DNA of 64,000 nt from Bigelowiella natans CCMP2755. Lineage: Eukaryota; Protista; Cercozoa. Positions 53,899-64,000 of this stretch are shown here, piece after piece. The stretch lies in assembly GCA_000320545.1 (NCBI GenBank), contig ADNK01001082.1, positions 62,001 to 126,000 on the forward strand, in the 5' to 3' direction. The notes below the pieces were generated by a model. The model did not search any database, was not told the origin of the DNA, and saw nothing but the letters and a program-made list of their open reading frames with translations. Both the position numbers and the translations under genes were made by a program. The stretch's first letter is position 1; each line of letters begins with the position of its first letter.

Positions 53899-56159
53899 CT
53901 GCTGTATTTGAGATATTCTCTGTGATCTCGACTGATAGGTATTTAGAAGCTGCAAAGTGTGTCGTGGAGTGCCGGAAAGCGTCTCTTCCTTTTCCTAACC
54001 AGCTCTTCTCCCAGCTGATTGACCGCCTAATTCACGAGGAGGAGGAGAGGGAGGAGGAGGAGAAGGAGGAGGAGGAGGAGGAGGAGGAGGAGGAGGAGGA
54101 AACGCATAAGAACCAAACTTCCTCCGACAGCACCATCGTAACTGTTTTCAAATGGATGATAAACGGTGATATTCCTTTCTCGAATGCTCTTCAGGGGTAC
54201 ATCAATATCCGTAGAGAACAACACCGAGAAGATGGCGGATATGCCGCTGCTGCTACTGCTGCAAAGAGAAAGAACGCCGTACAGAAGAAGGATGGAGGCA
54301 AGGACGACGATATTAACGACTACATCGATGATGATGACAACAACAATGCTAGCATGTACACCGAGCGAGCAAGGGTGCTAACAGCCCAGATCTCCCAGTA
54401 AGACGCCACGATGATGCACATAATAAGAAAATACCTAATACAACATTCATATTAGCCAATGGCTTCAATCTACAAAACAGCCCTCTCCGCATCACAGATG
54501 CTTAATATTTCCCATCATCCCTTTCCCCCCTCTACTATTCTTGTCATGGTGAAGGTACGGACGCCAGGGACGATGGAGAGAAGCGCTCAATTTGCTAAAG
54601 TCATCGTATTTTGTTTCTCCGTCATCACCACCATCATCGAAAGGAGCGTACAGAGAGGACTATGGAGATGGCCATGGCACCCAACAGCCATCAGCCCCCT
54701 CCCCCTCTTCCTCGTCGCCGAGCAGCTCAGCAGAGCCCCGAAAGGAGGAGGCGGCAAAATCTATGACTGTTGCCTATTCTGCGGCCATGAGCGCGTGTCA
54801 AAAGGCTCGGCAATGGCGTCAAACGCTGCGGCTTTTAGAGGAAATGGAAGAGAAAGGTGGGTGCACACCTCATAATTTGACAGAATGCAGTGAGAAGGCT
54901 GACATTGAGGGCGGCAATCATCTCGATAACAACTTTTGCGTAGTTGTGTAGGTTTTAAGATTATAGATGGATCTTTTCCCTCTTTTCGCTTATCTCTGTC
55001 CCTCCCCCGTAATAATCCCATTCTGATCGTTCTTCCTTCTCCTCCTCCTCCTCCTCCTCCTCCTCCTCCTCCTCCAAGATATCAAATTGGACTGCCCTGC
55101 GTATACCCTTGCCATTAGCGCTCTTGGTATGAGGGGGTTAAGGCGCAGGGCGGTGAAGATGCTTACGAAGATGAGGAGGAATTCTGTGCGAGCGGATAAT
55201 CAATGCTACACACAGGCAATCATTGCTGCAGACCGAGTGTACAACGGGGACTTTGCTATCACACTGCTGCGAAGGATGATTGAGAACCAACTTTCTCCTG
55301 ATACGATCACGTAGATTGCCACACAACCATACGTGTATATTATGCTGCTCACACAGATTATTCTCCCCAAATCTTTGTAAAATAGATTGGTTCTCACAAG
55401 CCCCCTCCCCCCCCCCCCCCTCTCCCTCCCTCCCCTTATCTTTTTAGATATAATGCTGTGATTAAAGCCCAGGCACGATCAGAAAATAGATGGGAATACG
55501 CGCTAGCTCTTGTTGATGAAATGCAAGATCGTGGGGTGCAACCCAATGAGATAACCTACAACACCGTTATCAGCGCATGTAAGCAGCGATTTTTATACAT
55601 TCTTTACGAAATAAAGAAGGGAAGGGGGGGGGGGCGGATGGTAGAAACCAGTTTCGAGTGAGTACCCTACGATCATTCCAGTTGAGAAAATCAGACAAAG
55701 CAATGCCGATAATAACAATTAATACTTGTCCAACTATTGCCGTGATGTCGCGGTATTTTCCGACGAATCCAACACTAGCACGGTGATGATGAGCTTTCTC
55801 TCCTCCTCCTCCTTCTCCTCCTCCTCCTCTTCCTCCTCAATATCACCTCTACAAACACACAATACATATGATGCATACATCAGGCAAGCGATCTGGAAAT
55901 TGGCAAGGAGCATTCAGCATTGCATTGAGTCTTAAAAACGTCGGTATCCGCCCCTCCATAGTCACTATTAACACCGTCATCTCGGCGTTGGAGACCGGGG
56001 GCAAATGGGAAGCTGGGCTTGCGCTCTTTCGCTCGGCTGTGGATAGAAGCATCACCCCTGACCATATAACGTAGTAACGTGTAGTAGGAGGAGAAGGAGG
56101 AGAGATACAACTACAATATATGCTTTATCCCTCGATGACTGCCCCCCGCCCCCCATCTC

Positions 56160-56191
<32 letters not shown>

Positions 56192-57253
56192 GCACACACT
56201 CATACCACCATCGTACCTGAAATCAACAGCTACACGGCGCTGATATCATCATGCGCCAACAACGACGCGTGGCCTCAAGCACTGGAGCTGCTATACGAAA
56301 TGCACGAAGGCATGTACGGCGTGAAACCGAGATACGCAGCTTACGAGGCCCTCATCGCTTCCTGCGATAGGAACTTCCAGTTCGCACAGGCTGCGGAGGT
56401 GAGGAAGGAGGGCGAGAAGGAAGAGAAGAGGGGCTAATATGAAAGTACTTGAGAGATTGCCTTTGCTTCTCCGTGTCTTTGTCGGTGTTTTCAGGTGGAA
56501 AGCTTAGCGTACGCAGCGTTCCGGAAAGACAACTCGCGGCGACCCAGTCGTTATTCTTGGCGAGGCGACATGGTCACAACATGGAGCTACGAGGAGGAGT
56601 ATTTTGACACTGAGGAGGAGGAGGAGGATGCTGCTGCTATGCACGCCCATGCACAGGTAGTTGTTCGTTAGTTACTCAACTAGCGATTGATGTGGTAGCA
56701 ATGATGATGCTGTACGAGGAAAGCAAACCATGTGAAGAAGATGTTATATAACTATTTGTTCGTCGGTCTTGCAAATGTAAAATCTCAGAAACAGCAGCTG
56801 CAGCAACATCATCAACAGCGGGAGCAGCAGCGAGCTGCCCAAGGGCCGCCACCTGCGAAGCTCCGTGTGTCGTTTGTCCAGAATGCAAAGTGGGGAAAGT
56901 TCTCCGGGAAATCAATAACATCGGAGGCCAATGAAGACAGATCCGATGTAGTATTAACAGAATATAGAGAAGAAGGAGAACAAGAAAATTGGGATCTTAT
57001 GTGTCGTTTTCGTTCAAATGCTTCTATTTTAAGACGTTTATCTTCACCCATTCCTTCCCTTCATGTACCTTGACCTATCAGATCAGAGGTGCCGATAATA
57101 TCCCCCCCGGAAGGCCGTTTGCCTATTTCGGCGTGTATGATGGCCATGGGGGAGGGGCAACAAGTCAATGGCTGAAAGATAACTTAGCAGCTACTATAGA
57201 TCGGACTTGGGACTCAGAGAATGTAGAGGAATCAATAAGGTGAAGTTAACAAA

Positions 57254-57316
<63 letters not shown>

Positions 57317-58463
57317 AGAAAACAAAAAACAGCAAACAGCAACCCCCCGCTCCTTTTATTTTTTGCTCAGAAAATCTTTGCGCGAACATTAGCATTATTA
57401 GATATACACTACCAACGGTTTTTGTTCGCTATTATCGTGTAGAACAGGGCAAAATCTCGCCTACCACAAGCCAAATACCATACGTATACGTCAAAGCTTC
57501 TAGTTTCTATTTACTCTGAGTGCTACTTGTTTTGCAGCACAACTTAATCTTCTTCGTTGATGTGACTGATGCATGCAATATATACCACCGTAGATACGCT
57601 TATTTGAGAGCTGATGAGGAGATACTCAAGCCCAAAGGAGGCGTATTCGGTATTATAGGCGCCTCTCGAGGAATTGGGGGACCGCAGTGTGGTGCTAGTG
57701 CTGCTACAGCTATCCTGTTTACGGTAGTAGTAGTAGTTGTAGTTATAGTAGTAGTAGTAGTAGTAGTAGTAGTAGAAGTTGTTGTTGTGGTAGAAGTTAT
57801 GGTATTAGTAGTAGTCCTCCTTGTGCGTGCAAAGAGAGAGGGGAGAAGAGTGCCGCACTACGAGCGCTCACATGTTGTTGTTTATGTTGAACAATGAATT
57901 ACTAGGATCGGGCGACGGGGCAGTTTCAGCTATTGACGGCAAACGTTGGAAACACGGTGACTAAGATTCATTGATGTTGGAGGAGTTAGCAGCGAGCATA
58001 ATACCGATGAAGGCCGACGGTACTGAGTAACCCCCTGCGCAACTATTACCTTTATAGGTGATGATGGTCAAGTCCAAAAATCATCAGACAGCGGTGAAGA
58101 AAAGCTGCTACCACACCCCAGATAATAGTACTGAGTTTGATAGGATAACAGCTCTCAATAAGAACCCTCGGATGCCGCTCATACGCGAACAAGTATAACC
58201 ACACAAATCGCAAGCCAAACCTCTCTTGTCATACATAGAATGCTCCCGCTATTTATTTTTTCCTTCATCCTTTTGAGTGAGCACTTTGGGTGTCGTTTAT
58301 AGTATATACAGCTACCGATCCGACGAATTCAATAATGATTTCTGTTATTATATCATTAAACACGTTGTTAATGTGTGCAAAAGGGTGGGAGACTGCGGTT
58401 GGGAGGTACACTCTCCCTGACTCGTGCCTTCGGAGACGCGTAAGTTTCACCGCTAACATCTCA

Positions 58464-58504
<41 letters not shown>

Positions 58505-59021
58505 ATTTTGGAAGTAGCGGAAACATAGAGCAACTACATCTCAATAAATGTTGAAGAATATGTTAGCACCTCTCCCTCCCACCTACAAACAACGCTCACC
58601 GTGATTCTTCCCCAACGACCTGCTGCTGCTGTTATAGATACTTGAAGCCGGTCTATAACGCTGATGAGGGTGAAGAGAAATATGCTTCTGATGGAACCGG
58701 ATACTTCGCTGGTGGAGGTGGTAGCAGTCAAAGAGAAGAAGGCCAAAGGTTCATGTACGACGATGAATCGATCATCACTGCACTTTCGGGGAAGAAGCGA
58801 CGCGGCAAGAAGGGCGTTGGCCGTGGATCCACCGGCAAGCATAGAACTGCTGTTAGTAGCGATGATAATCAAGAGCAACGACAGCAGCAGCCTCAGCGTC
58901 CAATCACTGTTGACGATGGTAATATAAATAGCGCAGAAATGATGATGATTAGTGTCCATTGCGAGAGTAAGGATGGCAGTTGTGTGTGAGTACTCTTGGA
59001 ATCGAGAGCAAAGGATGGTGA

Positions 59022-59056
<35 letters not shown>

Positions 59057-59456
59057 ATTCATGATTCTCAATCAGTGTCGTTTAAGATTTTCGCAGATGG
59101 TTTTTGTGTGTTAGCTAAGAAGGGGATTTTCCCTGTACATTATCAGTTGATGAGTATTCGCATCAACTGTAACTCTTAATTCCTTTTTTGGTGAATTACG
59201 CATTTTAGCCGTTGCTTATGGTCAAGAGCAGCAGCAGCAACAACAACAACAACAACAACAACAACAACGCATTGGACCTCCCCTTGATGCCCCTGACAAA
59301 ATCCAAGATTTCGGCCTTATGGCAGATCCTGATGTATCAGTAACTCCTCTCACTGGGGACGAGGAATGGCTCGTAGTCGCCTCGAATGGATTGATCACAC
59401 AGCGTCCAGGTGTGTGTGTGTGTGTGTGTTTGTGTGTGTTTGTGTGTGTTTGTGTG

Positions 59457-59491
<35 letters not shown>

Positions 59492-59760
59492 GCAAAATCG
59501 CAGATGATTCCGCTGATGCTTTGGAAAGCGACTGGTTTTATTTTCAGAATGCCTTACGACTTTGATGTGTTTGTGTATTAGGAGATGCTGGACTCACGAT
59601 GGAGGAGATCAGTGCTCTGATATCGGAGAAGCTGCCATCAAAATCGGCCAATGAAGTTTGCGTTGAGCTCGCCTCCGCGGCGCGACGAAAAGGCTCAAAT
59701 GACGATATTACGATAATCCTCGTGCCTCTCGATAAGTTAATGTCGGAGAGTGGTCAATAA
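50443..59760 (+). CDS. PPR-repeat protein fused to a C-terminal PP2C/PPM phosphatase-like domain, with an N-terminal signal plus transit-like leader
   Basis: More than 10 P-type PPR motifs are present (ITYTAAINAL, VAYASTISTC, VVYNTALHAC, TSYNSLIA, SFTAAITCC, TYTAVL, AYSAAMSAC, ITYNTVISAC, TINTVISAL, YTALISSC). Phase-0 linker exons join them to NEDR...FGVYDGHGG...ANVGNT...LSLTRAFGDA|YLK...VASNGL...GSNDDITIILV. The stop is at 59758-59760. Confidence 0.85.
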
Positions 59761-59929
59761 TAGCAGGAGGAAGAAGTGAACGCACAAAATTTATTAGAAG
59801 CCTACATAGGAAGCATTAACCGATTGCCGCATTGCATATCTAACCGTCTTGACGTGCTTGGCTTTGCGGTATATATAATTAAATGAGTGATGATATGAAA
59901 ATATTCTACACATAAATAGTTGCTCATGT

Positions 59930-60500
59930 CTAGATGTTGCAACAGGAAGAAATCGTGCAGGAATACGCATGTACAGCTTGATAATTAATAAACATTCAAT
60001 TTCCAACGATTTCGAACGAATGCTGGCATGCTGCATGTGTAGGTGCATTCTAGCATTGTAGCATTGTAGCGCTAGAGCGCAAACATAGAAATGGTTTCAC
60101 GCACGCGAACACAAAGTAACAAGAGAAGCTTTCTAGTTTTCGCATTAGTCTTAAAGTAATGCGACACGTAAGGTCTATGAAATTTATAAATACGACTGGC
60201 AATGCTAGAGAAGCGTACAGGCGAAGCATAATCAGCTGAGCTAGTCTAGTAGTAAGCATTATGTGCAAGAGCACAGCTAGATCTAGAGATAACAGCAAGC
60301 TAGCAAGTGGGATATTTGCGTGATTTCATCTAATTTATTGTGATACGATATCGTTCGAAGCTATTACATTAGATGCTTAGCCGCGCGCCATGAATGATAA
60401 GGCGTGGCTTTAATTTGATTGCCTAGATCACTAATAGTTTGTGACCGAACACATGCTAGCATGCTAGCTAGCATGCTGCGTTGTAAAAATGTGCACCGGA
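59930..60500. other. CTAG-rich convergent intergenic zone
   Basis: gctagtctagtag, gctagatctaga and gctagcatgctagctagcatgc lie between the PPR-PP2C stop and the DUF4246 stop. Confidence 0.65.
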
Positions 60501-60541
60501 GGACGTACATACTACATAGTTATGGGATGAGATGCAATAGG

Positions 60542-60711
60542 TCAGTGCTCACACAAATTGAATTCCCTCTCAAACACGTCTTCATTATTGATCTTATATG
60601 AGCTTCTTTCCTCCATCAGCGCTAATCTGCATTATGAGCACACATTGATGTTCAAATGATTGTGGAACATCTAGAATATACTACACCCATACACACAGAT
60701 ACATAAAGAGA

Positions 60712-60755
<44 letters not shown>

Positions 60756-61363
60756 AAGTGTCATACAATATTTTCACCTGTGACGCTTCGCTTCTTCCAA
60801 CGTCATTCCGTGGCCAAAGTGAGAGTGGTAAGAAAATATTATGTTGCGGATGTTAACTGGTAGCTCAGTAGCGTGCCTTACGATCTGGCATATGCATATT
60901 ATTCAACGGTCAATCAATTATTATATCCTAATAGACAGTGCTGCACTTCAAATCGACAAACAGTGTTTCGGCCTCTACCCCTCTACCCCCTCCACCTTTT
61001 TCTTACTTAATGTGTTTTGATTGCTCATACAATTGTTACCAGACAACCACATCTATAGAGTGTTTAAGCGTTTGATTCAAAATTTTACAGTATTCATAAT
61101 GAGATTTTCGAGCCATTCCAGACTTGCTACAGGTCGCTCTTTTTTCGTATATTTTACTACTATACTATGAGCCCTATCCCCTGACGCAACACGCCTACCT
61201 TGTCGGCATGCTCAAGCAGCCATTCAGTGTTGGAAGGGGGTACGCGGCAAGTAGACATGGTCACCTAAGAACAAGGGTGGAGAAGGATAAAAACACAAGT
61301 ATTTTGTGATGGTGGTGAGAAGACGATGAGAGGGTGAGAGTGAGATTGAAAGTGATGCAGGAG

Positions 61364-61402
<39 letters not shown>

Positions 61403-62405
61403 TTTTTTAACATAAAATTTTCCTTGTATATATAATACGAGTCTCCCTCTCTTCCAACCCTCATGAATGTATAATATCGCGAAAACGAGTCATCATCATC
61501 ATCATCATCATCATCATCGCACACTAGCAAAAAGATTGGATATATAGTCGTCACCACCACATTTCCATCTCACCTGATCAGGCCGTAGGCCGTACACCTC
61601 CCAAACACCTCTCTCATCATCTGATAATAATGTCGATGTAAGAGGTGGGGGTGCAGGTAAAGACCGCTGGGTAGACGAAGGCAAGTGACTCGTTCATCGT
61701 ATGATGATGATCATCATCACCATCATGATCACCACCAAAGCTACAAATTCAAACTTACTTTTGTCTAGCAAACACTGCTGGTGAGTGTCAGGTAATTACA
61801 CTAATAATATTGCATCGTTACTACTCTGTTCATAATCTGGATCTGATATACTCCGTCGAAAGGATAGGGTGCTTCTAAATGCAGGTTCATTCGTAAAACA
61901 AGGAGGAGGAGGAGGAGGAGGGGGAGGAGGAGATTCAAAGGAAATCATGGGATCTTTGAGTAAATTCACTCACTCGCTCACATTCTCCTGCGAGTAATAA
62001 TAGATTCCTGACAAAATAGATAGGTAGCAGGTGCGGAAAAACAGCAAAAAAGAGGGTCAAATAACTTCAACAAGACATATGTGGTTCTACGATGTAAGAA
62101 ATAAGTGGTTCTACAACGTAACTTTAATCATATTTCGTCTATGCCATGGTCATTATTTCCATAATCTCGGAGTGATACTTTGACAATGTGTATTTACCTG
62201 TGGCAACGATATTTTCGTTCCTCATGCCTAGATATTGATGATTAATAATGGGTTAATAACAATCCTCAAGTAGAGTATTTCTGTTTAAATATCAACAGAA
62301 ATTGAGATAGAGAGAGAGAGAGAGAGAGAGAGTCTGAATTCAATGGTATCTATTGATCATCTGTTCTCGGAAAAATGAGATAATAGCCTGAAATACAAGA
62401 TGTGA

Positions 62406-62444
<39 letters not shown>

Positions 62445-62723
62445 AAATTACACAACTGTATCGCTACCTTCAACATGCCAGGACCCTCCAGGATAACTAA
62501 TTCATGAGAAGACAATAAAATGATGGGACGGTGGGCAGGGGGGGGGGGAACAGGGTGAGAAACGAAATGTTTCGAACGTGATGCGAAAAGGCATGGACAT
62601 ATATAGTTAGAATGGTAGAGTTCTTATTTACTACATTGAATTGCGTGGAGTCAGCTCTATTGAAGCAATTTTCACGATAACCTATGAGTTCACATCAAAC
62701 ACATCATCCAACTACTTCCTCTT

Positions 62724-62764
<41 letters not shown>

Positions 62765-63940
62765 TCTTCCCCTTCTATTCATGTAGATGGTACCTGTAAG
62801 CGTTTTCCTTTCAAATTAATCCTGAAACATCCTTTCTTTTCTTCCTTCTTCTTGCCCTTTACGTAACAACACAACGTTTACTAAACACAAAAAGAAAAGA
62901 ACTTCATCAACAAGAATGTGTGTTTTATTTTAGTTCGCAGCAATTCTTCTTCCTTGTCTGACCATGCTCATTATCATAACATCGCTGTCGTCCCTGCTCT
63001 CTAAATAATTACCAATATACTATGGAACTCTTTCAATTTGGGTACACGATGTGGGCCGTCTAACATCGTCATGTCATGAGGAAGTTGATAGACAGAAAGA
63101 ACGGGGTTATGAGGAGGAGGAGCACAAAACTAGTTAGAGAGCGATAGGCGTGAGGTTGGAAGACACCAAGATGAGAAGAGATTGGATGATACCCCAATCC
63201 TCGATAAATTGAGGACAACGTGTGTCAGTGCGCTCGGGGAAAGGGTTGGCATACCTTGAAGTAATTTATAAAAAACATATCATTTCTTTGCCATCTACCA
63301 TCGTAGAAAACTTCCGGTTAGATAAGGAAGTAAATGGACAAAAGCCGCATTACATCGTAAGCGTGTTCTCAAACAACGGGAGGAATCGCTGAAAAATGGA
63401 GGAGATGTCCTGGTAAAGGGCCTTGTGCTTCAGAGGGTGAATCCCAGTTATGTATGATAGAATCTAAGGGAAACGAGAAGAGTGCTGGTTATGTATGGCT
63501 GAAAGCTAAGGGGAAAGAAGAATAAAACGCGTCGTTGTGACAACAACATCCATCCGATGAGTGTAACTATGTAATCTATACTCGTTTGCATCTACACTAA
63601 GAATGAGCTGCTATCTATTTGAGAAGTTGCTTAGAAACACGTATAGCCGCAAACTTTCTCACCTTAACATCTCCCTGCGGAGAAACATCAAATTCTGCAG
63701 GAAGCCACCTTGTAAAGTATGTGCTCAGCACCGTTATGGATTCGGACAATGGGTGTAAAATATAGCTTTGAAAGTAAAAAAAGAAATCATACAAATGAAA
63801 ACAAATAAATCATACCTAATTCAATAATTACACAAAGGATTACGTCATATTAGACCATACATGAAATCACGCGAGAAATCGGATTGAGTGGCAGCTTGAT
63901 ATCGTTGGACGATGCTCATTGTCACTGAATTATTAATCTG
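60542..63940 (-). CDS. DUF4246-family protein; 3' part only, gene continues beyond the window end
   Basis: Exons give EFDVSPQGDVK|ILSYITGIHPLKHKALYQDISSIFQRFLPLFENTLT, IELTP, YPGGSWHVEG, GMTLEEAKRHR|LALMEER and the terminal FNLCEH*, all characteristic of DUF4246. Confidence 0.82.
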
Positions 63941-64000
63941 AAAGCACAAAAAGAAGACGAAGATTAACAAGAAGGACAACAAGAAGAAAAAGAAGATGAC

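Noticed and set aside
1-64000. Functional gene cluster, tRNA/rRNA genes or prokaryotic defence systems
   Set aside because: Neighbouring genes are functionally unrelated eukaryotic genes. I recognised no tRNA, rRNA, CRISPR array or transposase by eye.

Overview
This is gene-dense, intron-rich eukaryotic nuclear DNA with short GT-AG introns that often contain microsatellites. The likely source is a secondary-plastid alga such as a chlorarachniophyte; that is an inference from a bipartite-leader PPR protein and a Fea1/phytotransferrin gene. By manual exon stitching I find about 13 protein genes in near-alternating orientation: a chromo-barrel protein, probably a MYST acetyltransferase (-, 5' part only); UCHL5/UCH37 (+); a three-domain membrane-anchored Fea1/phytotransferrin-like protein (-); an ankyrin/coiled-coil/CaaX protein (+); a CRAL-TRIO protein (-); a GH35 beta-galactosidase (+); ORC3 (-); a CPH-like-domain protein (-); an FHA protein (+); an OSCA/TMC-like channel (+); RPB8 (-); a PPR-PP2C fusion (+); and a DUF4246 protein (-, 3' part only). 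Five observations stand out. (1) Spacers downstream of gene 3' ends, including all five convergent spacers, carry a mutational signature with excess CTAG, CATG and TGCA; in the largest spacer TpA is almost erased except inside CTAG. This suggests a DNA-modification or hypermutation system tied to termination zones or repeats. (2) A PPR array is fused to a PP2C domain with two Asp-to-Asn metal-ligand substitutions. (3) The Fea1 gene has an internal duplication, a frameshift and a YTKF endocytic tail. (4) A GCGAC-N14-GTCGC dyad recurs in divergent promoters. (5) A CUL7/HERC2-type CPH-like domain appears in a protist protein. All exon boundaries are read by eye and no database searches were run.
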